Source: a virus. From it: a DNA stretch of 37,255 nt. Each line of letters starts with the position of its first letter. Position 1 is the stretch's first letter. Positions 1 through 14,377 of the stretch are shown piece after piece. The stretch lies in IMG/VR virus record IMGVR_UViG_3300006145_000053. One strand, given 5' to 3'. The notes under the pieces are model-generated. The model had not been told where the DNA came from. It made no database searches and worked only from the letters and a program-made list of their open reading frames with translations. A program made the position numbers and the translations under genes.

Positions 1-77
1 AACTTTTCGTACTGGTAGCACCAGAATAAAAAAGCTAGAAAGGTAGGACCAATTATGGAATGGTTAAAAGAATTATT
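1..77. repeat. Terminal direct repeat, copy 1 (circular-closure overlap)
   Basis: Bases 1..77 are identical to 37179..37255. The overlap cuts through the RBS and start of the scaffold gene, so it marks a circular contig rather than a physical end. Confidence 0.9.
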
Positions 78-651
78 AAAAAAGGCAGGAGTAGAAAATG
101 TAGATGATCTAGAAAATAAGATTGCTAAAGAATTACCAAAGCATTTTAAACCTGCAAAAGAATTTAATGAAATTAATGAAGAATTAAAAGTAGTTAAAGA
201 AGAAAAGAAAACATTAGAGGATGACAAAAAGAAAATTGAAGATGAATATAACAACTTCAAAAAAGGCTCTATAAGTCAAACTGACTATGAAGCTAAAAAG
301 AAAGAAATTGAAGATAATTCAAAGGCTGAAATAGATAAAGTAAGACTAGAGAGTAAAATCGATTTAGCAATTAATAATGCTAAAGCAAAAAATGTTAAAT
401 CTGTAAAAGCAAATCTTGATTTAGAAAAAATTAAATTAGATGGCGACAAACTTTTAGGATTTGACGATCAAATAGAAGCATTAAAGAAAAGTGATGCTTA
501 TTTATTTGAAATAGACAAGAAAGTCGATAAAGGGGTAGATGACAATAACCCTCATAAAAGAAAAGATGAAGGCGGAAGTTATGAAGATGATGAATTAGAT
601 AATTTATCAGATGAAGAATACTTTGCACTTCAAGAAAAAAATAATAAATAA
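55..651 (+). CDS. Scaffolding protein (GP20-like, coiled-coil, acidic C-terminus)
   Basis: Lies immediately upstream of the capsid gene. The N-terminus MEWLKELLKKAGVENVDD resembles the phage GP20 scaffold family, and the protein is K/E-rich coiled coil. Confidence 0.7.
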   Translation: MEWLKELLKKAGVENVDDLENKIAKELPKHFKPAKEFNEINEELKVVKEEKKTLEDDKKKIEDEYNNFKKGSISQTDYEAKKKEIEDNSKAEIDKVRLESKIDLAINNAKAKNVKSVKANLDLEKIKLDGDKLLGFDDQIEALKKSDAYLFEIDKKVDKGVDDNNPHKRKDEGGSYEDDELDNLSDEEYFALQEKNNK

Positions 652-668
652 GAAGGAGGGCAAAAATT

Positions 669-1787
669 ATGCCAAATAAATTATTAACATGTCAAAGAAT
701 AGCAAGAGAAGCATTACCAATGCTAGTAAATAACTTAGTAGTACCTGAGTTATTTCATACTGATTATAGTAAAGACTTTGTAAAAGAAGGAGATACAATT
801 CAAGTTGAAAAACCAGCTCAATTTGAAGCTAAAGATTTCAAGGATACAGTAACAATTCAAGAAATCAATCAAAAAAGTGTTCCAGTAGTTATGGATCATA
901 TTGCAGATGTATCTGTAGAAATTACATCTAAAGAATTAACATTAGACAGGGTAGCTTTCAATGAAAAGATATTAGCACCTATGATGGAAGCAATTGCTGA
1001 GAAAATAAACAAAGAAGGTCTTGAAATGTACAAAAATGTTTACAAAACATTAGGCACATCAGGAACAACACCTTCTACAATAGAAGTAATGGCAAATGCA
1101 AGAGGCTTATTAAACAAAGCAAAAGCACCAATGGGAAATAGATATGCTGTATGGGATCCAGATGCAGATGTTAAATTCTCTACAATAGATGCAATTTTAC
1201 ATGCTGAAAAATCTGGAAGTACACAAGCATTAAGAGAAGGTTCTATTGGTAGAATACAAGGATTAGAAAACTTTATGTCTCAACAAGTTGCAGTACATAA
1301 AGCAGGTACATTCACAGAAGTTACAACACCAAAAGTAAATGCGAAAGCTGAAACTGGAAGTGAAACTATTACAATTAAAGGTGGAACAGCAGATGAAACA
1401 TTAGTAAAAGGAGATTTATTATCAGTTGGAGGACAACAATATGTTGTTACAGAAGATGCAAAAGCTAATACTGGTGTAATTACTGTAAAAGTATATCCAG
1501 CAGTCGTAACAGAAATTGCTACAGATACAGCAGTAACATTTATAGATAAAACTTCTGGAGGACATGTTGCTAACCTAGTATTTAATAAATTAGCATTTGC
1601 TTTTGTATCAAGAGCATTAGCGCTTCCAGTAGATGGAAGAGACTCTTATGTAATTTCTTATAAAGGATTAAATCTAAGAGTTGTTTATGGTTATGATATG
1701 CAAACAAAGAAAAATATGCTATCTATTGATACTATATATGGATTTGCACCATTATATCCATCATTAGCAGCAGTAGTATTAGGATAA
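669..1787 (+). CDS. Major capsid protein (P22 coat-like fold family)
   Basis: RBS GGAGGG is present. The 372-aa protein starts ...LLTCQRIAREALPMLVNNLVVPELFHTDYSKDF, typical of P22-coat-like capsid proteins, and it follows the scaffold gene. Confidence 0.8.
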   Translation: MPNKLLTCQRIAREALPMLVNNLVVPELFHTDYSKDFVKEGDTIQVEKPAQFEAKDFKDTVTIQEINQKSVPVVMDHIADVSVEITSKELTLDRVAFNEKILAPMMEAIAEKINKEGLEMYKNVYKTLGTSGTTPSTIEVMANARGLLNKAKAPMGNRYAVWDPDADVKFSTIDAILHAEKSGSTQALREGSIGRIQGLENFMSQQVAVHKAGTFTEVTTPKVNAKAETGSETITIKGGTADETLVKGDLLSVGGQQYVVTEDAKANTGVITVKVYPAVVTEIATDTAVTFIDKTSGGHVANLVFNKLAFAFVSRALALPVDGRDSYVISYKGLNLRVVYGYDMQTKKNMLSIDTIYGFAPLYPSLAAVVLG

Positions 1788-1790
1788 TCA

Positions 1791-1815
1791 AAGGCAGAGA
1801 AATCTGCCTTAAATT
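1791..1815 (+). terminator. Hairpin after the capsid gene
   Basis: AAGGCAGA-gaaa-TCTGCCTT is an 8-bp stem followed by a weak T-rich tail. Confidence 0.45.
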
Positions 1816-1836
1816 TATTATTAGGAGGGTGAAAAG

Positions 1837-2073
1837 ATGGAATGTCCTAAATGTGGAAAAGAATTTTCAGAACCAATAATGCCTTTTCATATTGAAAGAT
1901 GTGGAAAAGAAAAAGCAAAAAAAACACCACAAGAAAAGAAAATAGAACAAATGAATAAAGAAGAATTGCTTGTTAAAGCAAAAGAGTTAGAAATAGTTAT
2001 TGAAGATGTAGAAAAGACGACTAAAGCTCAAATTATAGAAATGATAAAAGCAAAAAAAACACCACAAGAGTAG
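1837..2073 (+). CDS. Small zinc-ribbon plus HeH/Rho-N-like domain protein
   Basis: Contains CPKCG...HIERCG and then NKEELLVKAKELEIV...KAQIIEMIKA. RBS GGAGGG is present. Confidence 0.5.
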   Translation: MECPKCGKEFSEPIMPFHIERCGKEKAKKTPQEKKIEQMNKEELLVKAKELEIVIEDVEKTTKAQIIEMIKAKKTPQE

Positions 2074-2081
2074 GTGATTTT

Positions 2082-2438
2082 ATGGAATTATTAAAAAAAG
2101 TAAAAGAAAGACTTGATATTACAGATGATAAACAAGACAAAAAAATACAAGGTTATATTGATGAAATTACGGATAAAGTAAAATCTGTTTGCAATAGAAT
2201 AGATTTTCCAACAGAATTAAATTATTTAGCAATTAAATATGCAAGAAATTGTTATATTTATTATAAAAATAAAGATAATTCAAACAATGAACAATTACAA
2301 GTAACTAGTGCAAGTGATAATGGGCAAACTGTTAACTTTAAAACAATAGAAAATGTTTCAAAAGATGATGTAGATGTTGATAAAGTAGTTGATAAAAATA
2401 TAGATGAAATATCAATGTATGCATATATGAGGTGGTAA
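2082..2438 (+). CDS. Head-tail connector (gp6-like)
   Basis: N-terminus LLKKVKERLDITDDKQDKKIQGYIDEITDKV and its position fit the gp6-like head-tail connector family. Confidence 0.65.
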   Translation: MELLKKVKERLDITDDKQDKKIQGYIDEITDKVKSVCNRIDFPTELNYLAIKYARNCYIYYKNKDNSNNEQLQVTSASDNGQTVNFKTIENVSKDDVDVDKVVDKNIDEISMYAYMRW

Positions 2439-2440
2439 TT

Positions 2441-2863
2441 ATGCAAATATCAAACGAGTTTAAAAAGATAATAGTCAATACTTTCTATGATAAAGAAATA
2501 GAAATATGGAGTAATAAAACATTAAAAGATGAAGAAGGAGCAATAGTTGGAGATGGAAAATCAGAAAAAATAGATGAGTTTAAAGGCAACTTTCAATTTT
2601 CAACTAAAGAAAAAATAAAACAAGAATATGGTGAACAAATAGAAGCAGATGCAATAATTACTTGTGAAAAAACACTTGCTAAAGAAAAAGATACATTAAT
2701 TTATCTAAGAAATAGAACACACTTTGAATTATCAAGATATACACATGAAGAATTATCACAATTAACAAATGCAGAATTGCAATATTATATGTATGAATTT
2801 GAAATTGTATCAGTAATTCCGAGTGATAGTCATATAACAATACTTGCGAAAGGAGTGTTGTAA
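2441..2863 (+). CDS. Head closure / head-tail adaptor protein
   Basis: ATG at 2441 sits behind GAGGTGG. Assignment rests on position in the module. Contains the THFELSRYTHEELSQLTNAEL repeat insertion. Confidence 0.55.
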   Translation: MQISNEFKKIIVNTFYDKEIEIWSNKTLKDEEGAIVGDGKSEKIDEFKGNFQFSTKEKIKQEYGEQIEADAIITCEKTLAKEKDTLIYLRNRTHFELSRYTHEELSQLTNAELQYYMYEFEIVSVIPSDSHITILAKGVL

Positions 2864-3311
2864 ATGTCTAGTTTAGAAGGATTAGATGAATTACTTGCTA
2901 ATCTAAGTGGGTTAGGTGGTAATGTAAAAGAAAGTTGTAAGAAAGGAATTGAACGAGGAGCTAAAAAGATACAAAAGAATGCCAAGCTTTTAGTACCAGT
3001 TGACACAGGTCATCTTCGCAATTCAATAAAAACAAAATCAGAAGTAACACAAGATGGAGCTGAAGCACAAGTGTTTGTTGGAGTTGAATATCGGAGCTTA
3101 TGTTGAATTTGGAACAGGACAAAGAGGAGCTTCAAGTCATGTTGAAAAGCCTGATGGAACAAGTATAAATTATAATGCAAGAAAAATGGGACAAATTGCA
3201 CAACCATATATGACACCTGCATATCTTCATGCAAAAAATACAAGAGAAGTAGAACAAGAAGTAATGAAGTCAATACAACAAGATATAAAGAAAATGGAGC
3301 GTGGTAAATAA
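2864..3311 (+). CDS. HK97 gp10-like tail component, joined by a +1 shift at CGG 3092..3094
   Basis: ORFs 2864..3106 and 3054..3311 join as ...VGVEY[C]GAYVEFGTGQRG, restoring the gp10-family YVEFGT motif. Confidence 0.75.
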
Positions 3312-3667
3312 TGATTAATTTAAAGCCACAAATATATGAAAAATTAAAAGAAATCTCAGATGTTGAGGTTTCTTATTATTATCCACAAAAGTGGAATAAT
3401 TTAGATAAAAAACCTGCTGTTTCTTACTATGAAATAGATAATTCTGTTTCAAGTAAAGCAGACGATGAAGAATATAGCAGTAATATTGCTATTCAAATAG
3501 ATATATGGGCTAAAAATCCAAGTAGATGTTCTAAAATAGCTATTGAAGTAAATGAAAAGATGGAAGAATTAGAATTTGAAAGGACATTAGCAGTAGATTT
3601 ATTTGAACAAGAAACAAATATATATCACAAAACAATACGTTTTGAAAAAGAAGAAATTTTAGAATAA
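3311..3667 (+). CDS. Tail completion / tail terminator-like protein
   Basis: 118 aa, located between the gp10-like gene and the major tail gene. The start overlaps the preceding stop (TAATG). Confidence 0.5.
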   Translation: MINLKPQIYEKLKEISDVEVSYYYPQKWNNLDKKPAVSYYEIDNSVSSKADDEEYSSNIAIQIDIWAKNPSRCSKIAIEVNEKMEELEFERTLAVDLFEQETNIYHKTIRFEKEEILE

Positions 3668-3681
3668 AGGAGAGGTTTTAA

Positions 3682-4371
3682 ATGAGAAAATATTTAAAAG
3701 GATTTAGTAAATTAAGTGTATTCCCTTTATTAGAGAATACAGAAGAAAGCTACAAAGTAGGAGAAAGAATACCTGTAATTTCTGCACAAAAATTATCTAA
3801 AGAAGAGCAAGCAGAGGAAGAAGAAATACTTGCAGATGATGAAGTATGGGATACAGACACTGATGTGACTGGTGAAGATGTAACAATTACTTTAGCAGAA
3901 TTGTCAAACGAATTAAGAGCGCAATTAAGAGGTGGGACATACAACAAAGAAACAAGAACATATAGATTTAGTAAAGGTGATGTTGCTCCTGAATTAGCTT
4001 GTTCTTATAGGGGGTTATTAGCAGATGGAACTTATAGAATGTGGAAACAATATAGATTTAAGGTATCAAAAATTAAGATGGATTTAGAAACAAAAGGTAG
4101 CGGAAACAAGAGTGGAGTAGAAGTTACTGGTAAATTTCTTAATAGAGCTTGCGATGGTGCTTTCTATGATATTCAAGATACAGAAAAAGGAAATGAAGAT
4201 TTAACTTGGTTAGATACAATTTCAGCAGTACCTGAGGTAACAGAAGACTTATCAAAAATGACAAAAGAGCAATTATTAGCTAAGGCTACTGAATTAGGAG
4301 TAACAACAGTTACTAACAGTAATACAAAAGATGAAATAATTGCAGCAATTCAAGCAAAATTAGCTGAATAA
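3682..4371 (+). CDS. Major tail protein with C-terminal HeH/Rho-N-like domain
   Basis: Lies upstream of the chaperone pair and resembles phi13-type major tail proteins. The C-terminus reads TKEQLLAKATELGVTT...KDEIIAAIQAKL. Confidence 0.7.
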   Translation: MRKYLKGFSKLSVFPLLENTEESYKVGERIPVISAQKLSKEEQAEEEEILADDEVWDTDTDVTGEDVTITLAELSNELRAQLRGGTYNKETRTYRFSKGDVAPELACSYRGLLADGTYRMWKQYRFKVSKIKMDLETKGSGNKSGVEVTGKFLNRACDGAFYDIQDTEKGNEDLTWLDTISAVPEVTEDLSKMTKEQLLAKATELGVTTVTNSNTKDEIIAAIQAKLAE

Positions 4372-4374
4372 ATG

Positions 4375-4396
4375 GAGAGTAGAAATACTCTCTTTT
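4375..4396 (+). terminator. Hairpin with T-run after the major tail gene
   Basis: GAGAGTA-gaaa-TACTCTC followed by TTTT. Confidence 0.5.
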
Positions 4397-4419
4397 AAAT
4401 TTATATAGGAGGATAAAAA

Positions 4420-4842
4420 ATGCCAAAAAGTAATGAAGAAAAAAGTTTAGCAGTAAAAAGGATTGTACATGGTATAGAAATTAGAAAAATGCCTTGCGGA
4501 AAGTATTTTGAGGCTCTACAAACTTTAAAGGATTTACCAAATGACTTTATAAAAGAATTATCAGAAGGCGAGAAGAATTTTAAATTATCAGAAATGTTTA
4601 CTATGGAAAATATAATGAATTTAGTAACTAAATTATTAATTGTATTTCCAAGCTTTACGTTTAAATTTTTGTCAAGATTAACTGAAATTGATATAGATAC
4701 TCTTGAAAATAAGCTTACACCAAAAGAAGTAGTAGATATTATAAAAGAATTTTGGGAGATTAATGAACTAGAAAGTTTTTTCGAACAAATGAAGCCGATT
4801 ATAATAAAGAGTTTAACGTTAATTGGCTTCAAAGAACAATAG
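4420..4842 (+). CDS. Tail assembly chaperone (G-like, 0-frame product)
   Basis: 140 aa, located between the major tail gene and the tape measure gene. Confidence 0.75.
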   Translation: MPKSNEEKSLAVKRIVHGIEIRKMPCGKYFEALQTLKDLPNDFIKELSEGEKNFKLSEMFTMENIMNLVTKLLIVFPSFTFKFLSRLTEIDIDTLENKLTPKEVVDIIKEFWEINELESFFEQMKPIIIKSLTLIGFKEQ

Positions 4843-4988
4843 CTATATGTATTAAATTAGGAATTAGTAAAAAAGCATTTATGGAAGATTACTACATAGA
4901 TGAAATACCAATTGTTATAAACGAATATGCAGAATTAAATAAAATGACTAACAAAGACGAAGAAGAAGTTGGGGCAGAAGATTTTTAA
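4420..4988 (+). CDS. Tail assembly chaperone GT-like fusion made by -1 programmed frameshift
   Basis: The -1 frame is open from 4767 to TAA at 4986..4988 and encodes RTNEADYNKEFNVNWLQRTIAICIKLGISKKAF..., a typical T-type extension. Confidence 0.7.
4776..4782 (+). promoter_or_regulatory. -1 slippery heptamer T TTT TTC
   Basis: X XXY YYZ motif in the correct phase of ORF 4420, inside the 0/-1 overlap window. Confidence 0.7.
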
Positions 4989-4994
4989 TGCTTC

Positions 4995-5023
4995 TTGCAA
5001 TATTTGGAAATGTAATGTAAAAT
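4995..5023 (+). promoter_or_regulatory. Sigma-A-type promoter of the moron, embedded in a 12-bp inverted repeat
   Basis: TTGCAA, 17-nt spacer, TAAAAT. The inverted repeat CTTGCAATATTT (4994..5005) / AAATATTGCAAG (5020..5031) spans both boxes. Confidence 0.55.
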
Positions 5024-5044
5024 ATTGCAAGGAGGAAAATAAAA

Positions 5045-5587
5045 ATGTGGTTTGGAATATTATTTTTTGGAGTAATAATTATATATATAATATGGGCAAT
5101 TAATTATAATATAGAGGAATCTCAAAAAAAGAAAAAAGAAAACAATAATATTAATGAAAAAGGAAAGCAATATAATGCAAATTATTCTACAAAAACAAAT
5201 CATATATGTGGATTACCATTATCAGAAAATTCAGAATGTATAATACATTTATGTAATAATGAAATTATAATTGAAGGTATAGGGAATATTTTTAAATTAC
5301 AAAAGTGTAGAATATTAGATATGAATATAAAAACATCAAAAGAAGTACAAAATTCTATTAGTGGAGCAGTTGGAGGAGCAATATTATTTGGAGCAATAGG
5401 AGCATTTATAGGAGGCAGTTCAACAGAATTTCATAGATTTTTTATAATTATATATAAAAATAAAGAAAACAAAGAACAATGTATTAGTTTCGATATAAAA
5501 GATAATACAAAAACATTAAAAGCAATTTATGATTATATAGAAGACTTTAAGAATGATATAAAAGAAAAAGATGAAATTGAATTATAA
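5045..5587 (+). CDS. Membrane protein moron (N-terminal TM, glycine-zipper segment)
   Basis: RBS AAGGAGG is present. The N-terminal TM segment is MWFGILFFGVIIIYIIW and the internal segment is GAVGGAILFGAIGAFIGG. The gene has its own promoter and terminators. Confidence 0.6.
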   Translation: MWFGILFFGVIIIYIIWAINYNIEESQKKKKENNNINEKGKQYNANYSTKTNHICGLPLSENSECIIHLCNNEIIIEGIGNIFKLQKCRILDMNIKTSKEVQNSISGAVGGAILFGAIGAFIGGSSTEFHRFFIIIYKNKENKEQCISFDIKDNTKTLKAIYDYIEDFKNDIKEKDEIEL

Positions 5588-5592
5588 TACAA

Positions 5593-5625
5593 AAAATACT
5601 TACTTAGGTAGGTATTTTTATTTTG
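5593..5625 (+). terminator. Rho-independent terminator 1 after the moron
   Basis: AAAATACTTAC-ttag-GTAGGTATTTT with one G-U pair, followed by a T-run. Confidence 0.65.
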
Positions 5626-5645
5626 AAAATAATAAAATAACAAAC

Positions 5646-5680
5646 AAAAGTATCAAATTAAATTTTGGTACTTTTTTATT
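5646..5680 (+). terminator. Rho-independent terminator 2 after the moron
   Basis: AAAAGTATCAAA-ttaaa-TTTGGTACTTTT followed by a T-run. Confidence 0.6.
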
Positions 5681-5698
5681 TGTAGAAAGGAGGAAAAT

Positions 5699-10103
<4,405 letters not shown>

Positions 10104-10104
10104 T

Positions 10105-11281
10105 ATGAATTGTATAGAAATTATAAATACTAATTTTGAACTTTTACGGCATCATTACTAATTTTGAAAGTCTAATATGTGTGTGGAACTATTATGAATG
10201 TGGAACTTTTGAATTAACTATAAATAAAAATAAAGCTAATACTAATAAATTGAAAAAAGATAATATGCTAATAGTTAACAAAAGAGATGATAAGATACTT
10301 TTAATAGATAAAGTAGTTACTACGACAGTAAAAAATAGTAAAACTCTAAAGATTACAGGAACTTGCGTAAAAGGAATAACTAAAAGAAGAATAGTAGCAA
10401 CAAATGGGTACGATAGAGTAACAGAAGATTATGCAGAAAATGTACAAAAACACTATTTAAAAAATCACATAGTAGAAACATATTACGATAATCTCAGAAC
10501 TCCCGAACGTGATATTTCATGGGTAAAAATAGTACATTCTCAAAACAGAGGTGTAAAAACAGTATGGCAAGCAAGACTAACTAATTTACATGATGAACTA
10601 AAACATATAAGTGAAGATACTGGACTTGGTTGGTATGGATACTTAGATAGAAATGAGAAATGTATTTATTTTGATAGTATAAGAGGAACAGACAGAACAA
10701 TAAATCAATCAGAAGACCCGACAATACATTCAATGCTTGCTAAATTTACACATGAAGAATTACAGGCATATACACATGAACAACTTGAAGGACTAATAAA
10801 ACATCCATACATAATATTCTCAGAAAAAAAGAAAAATCTTTTAGAAGGAAAAACAACAGATGATAGCACAAATTATAAAAATGTGGGATATTGTGCAGGA
10901 AAAGGAGAAAATGAAGATAGACTTATAACTGTAATAGGGGAAGCAACAGGTTTTAATAGACGAGAAGTTTATATTGATTTAAACAGTATGGAAGACCCTG
11001 ACGAGTTAAATCGAGAAGGAAAGAAAAAACTTGATGAATATAAGATTATTCAGAGTATTGAAGGAAAAGTGTATCAAATACCTAATATGGAATGGGAGAA
11101 AGACTTTTTTTTAGGTGATGTAGTAACACTTGAAAGTGATGGAATATATGAGGATAAACGTATAATTCAAGCTAAAGAAATATATGAAAGAAATAATAAA
11201 ACAGTAGAATTAGGTTTTGGTGATAAAGTACCAACTTTGGGAGAAAAGATTAAAAAAGCAATAACAAAACCTATTCAATAA
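10105..11281 (+). CDS. Tail-associated minor structural protein (Gp37-like N-terminus), +1 shift at CGG 10147..10149
   Basis: MNCIEIINTNFELL[C]GIITNFESLICVWNYYECGTFELTINK matches the N-terminal pattern of siphovirus Gp37-like proteins. Confidence 0.65.
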
Positions 11282-11309
11282 AAAATAAATTTAGAAAGGA
11301 GAAAAAAGA

Positions 11310-12406
11310 ATGTCAAATGTAATGGTATTAAATAGTTTTCCATTCGATTATCAAGAAGTTTTAAATGCTGAAAGTGGTCAAATGGAAGCTGACAGAGAAT
11401 ATGATGCAGAAAGATATAGAAAATATTTTGCGAAATTTCTATCAAATGGAGTTTATTTTCGGAGAATATAAAGGATATAAAGAACAATCAATGAAAGTAA
11501 GCTCAGACGGAGGAATGAATATCAGTGTTGCAAAAGGTGCAGGATTAATAGAAGGTTGTGATTTTGAAAATGAAGCAGAAAGAATTTTTACATTAGAAAG
11601 ACCAATTTCAGGAGAAAGAATTGATAGGGTAGTTGTAAAATTTGATAAGACATTAGATACTAGAGAAACACAGCTATACATAAAAGAAGATGATACTTCA
11701 TTGCAAAGAGATAACAATACTTATGAAATATGTTTAGCTGAAATAACAGTTAGAAGTACGTCAAATATCACTGATGAGGATATAGTTGATACAAGATTAA
11801 ATAAGGAACTTTGTGGGATAGTAAATTCTTTAATTACTGTAGATGGAGAAGAATTGTATAAGAGATTTAAAGAAAAAGTTGATAAAACAGTAGAAAGTTT
11901 AGTAAGAAAAGACCAAGATTGTGTTATTGATGGAACAGTAACAGCGAACGCATTTTTAGGAAATTTAGAAGGAAATGTAAAAGGTAATGCAGATACATCG
12001 AATAAATTAAAACAAAGTAGAAACATAAAATTACAAGGAGCAGTACAAGGAGAAGCACAATTTGATGGTTCAAAAGATGTAACAATAGAAACAACAGTAG
12101 TATCTAATGTTGCTGTAATAGATAAAAGAATAATTGGAAGTCCAACAAGATACTCAATTGACTTTCCAGAACGGTTTTAATGCTGACAATACAATTATAG
12201 TTTCTATTGCAGTAGATTTAGCTTCGAATAATTTTAAGCCAGAAGAAGAACAATTTTGGTGGACTCATGCTAGAGAAGAAATAGGCGATTTTCATCACCC
12301 TGTAGCAATTGCAACTATGTCACAATACGGAATAAACTTACAAAATTTTATGTTTGAAGATAATAATAACGGATATAATTATAGAATAGTGATTATGAGA
12401 AGATGA
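11310..12406 (+). CDS. Tail/baseplate structural protein, +1 shifts at CGG 11460 and 12172
   Basis: MSNVMVLNSFPFDYQEVL...SNGVYF[C]GEYKGYKEQSMKV...DFPE[C]GFNADNTIIVSIAVDL. RBS AAAGGAG is present. Confidence 0.6.
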
Positions 12407-12419
12407 AAGGAGAAGTAAA

Positions 12420-14373
12420 ATGGCAGAATACACAGAATTTTATAACTTAAAGAAACCGACTCAAGACGAGAATTACAATGTAGAAGTAGCTAATAAAAAC
12501 AATGATATAATAGATGTTGCTTTACAGTCAAAACAAGAAAAAATACCACGGAAAAGGCTTATCTAGCAATGATTTTACAAATGAATATAAAAGTAAAATA
12601 CAAACAATTGATGAGTGTAATAATAATTTAGTAGAAAAATCGAATATGTTAGAAACTAAAATTAATAGTAATATTGATAAAATAAAAGAAATAAAAGAAA
12701 ATCAGGATAACTTAAAACAAAATTTTGAAAACTTAGAAACATTAAAAAATGAAGTAGTACAAGAAAAAGAAAGTATGCAAAATTTAAAAGATACAGTAGA
12801 AAGAAAACTAGAAAACGGAGAGTTCAATGGTAGAGATGGAGCAAGAGGTGAGAAAGGCGATACAGGAGAAAAAGGTGATACAGGAGCAAAAGGAGATCCG
12901 TTTCTATATGAAGATTTTACAGCAGAACAATTAGCAAGTTTAAAAGGTGAAAAAGGAGACAAAGGGGAACAAGGCATTCAGGGTATTCAAGGTTTAAAAG
13001 GAGAGACAGGAGAGAAGGGTGACACAGGAGAAAAAGGAAATGATGGATATACACCGCAAAAAGGTATTGATTATTATACAGAAGAAGACAAACTAGAATT
13101 GAAATCTGAAATAGAAGAAAATTTAAGCAATCAAATACTTTTGAAAAATATGATTTTCAATACTGTTGAAAGTGAAAGTATAGATATAGATGATGCTTAT
13201 ACTTATAACAAAAATAGTCTAAAGATTTATGGTAATATTAAACAAACACCTGTACCAGACCCAACATCTTTATCTGAAATACGAACAGTCAAAGAAAATA
13301 TTCATTTTTACAAATGTAGTAAAAATCAGTTTAATTTTAATAAGATACAAACAGTAAATACAGTATCAAAAAATGAAAACGGAAGTTTTGAAAGTAGTAA
13401 GCCTGCAAATTCAATATTAATCGGTGTAAACTTTGAAAGTGTACCTTATGAGGGATTAAAATTGAATAAAGATAATTACTATCTTCAATTTAAAATAAAA
13501 ACTAATGCAAATGTAACTTTAAATAATTTATTTATTTGTACTAGAAACAAAGAAAATACAGCAAACAATATAGGAAAATCGATAAATAAAGAAATAAAAG
13601 CTAATACAGAAACGATTATAGAAACTAAATTTGAATTAACAGAGCTTAAAGAAAAAGTTGGTATAGTTGCTTACTTATCAAGTTCAGTAGATTTTACAGT
13701 ATATGACGTAATGATATGTAAAGATATTAATGATACAAAATTTGAAGAATGTAAAGAAAACGATTATACACTGGCAGTTCAAAAAGAAATGTTTACAGGA
13801 GATTATTTTACAAAAGATGAAGAAGTACATTGTTGGAAAAAACATGAATTTATAGGTACTGAAGCAGGTTTTAGTATGCAAGAATATGAAACAGCACTTA
13901 AGAATGTATATAGCTTTAGAATGCACTTAGGAAATGGTCTAATTAAAGGAATGAAAGTTTGTTCAAATTATTTTGAAGAAAAAGAAGTTTTATTTAATAA
14001 AGATATTACTGGAATGAAATGTGCTGAAAATGCTTCTATTGATTTTCATATACAGAAAGAATTACTTGAAGATGGAACAATACAGAGTTTTAAAGCATGG
14101 CTAAAGCAAAAACATGATGAAGGAAATCCAGTTATAGTTTATTACAAGTCAGAAGAAGAGGAAAAATTACTATTAACGGAAGAACAGAAAACAGTAATTA
14201 ATAATTTATATAATAAATTTGAACTAATAGAAGGAATAAATCACATATATAGTGATGATGAGGTAAGTCCAATTTTCAGTTTAAATTATATGCAAAGTAA
14301 TAAAATCTTAAATCAAAAAATGAATGAAAAAATAAAAAATATAGAAAGCAGATTAGCTTTATTGGAGGTGTAA
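12420..14373 (+). CDS. Tail fibre with collagen-like G-X-Y repeats, +1 shift at CGG 12549..12551
   Basis: [20 protein letters not shown]...QEKIP[C][14 protein letters not shown] restores the GKGLS-ND-T fibre N-terminal motif. [17 protein letters not shown] repeats follow. Confidence 0.8.
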
Positions 14374-14377
14374 TAAT

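Noticed and set aside
1-77. The terminal repeat as a biological DTR, LTR or transposon end
   Set aside because: It is an exact 77-bp overlap that bisects a gene start. This is typical of a circular contig reported linearly, and there are no inverted ends or target duplications.
12840-13040. The collagen-like GEKGDTG repeats as a DGR variable region or hypervariable cassette
   Set aside because: The window has no reverse transcriptase and no template repeat. G-X-Y repeats are a common structural feature of phage fibres.
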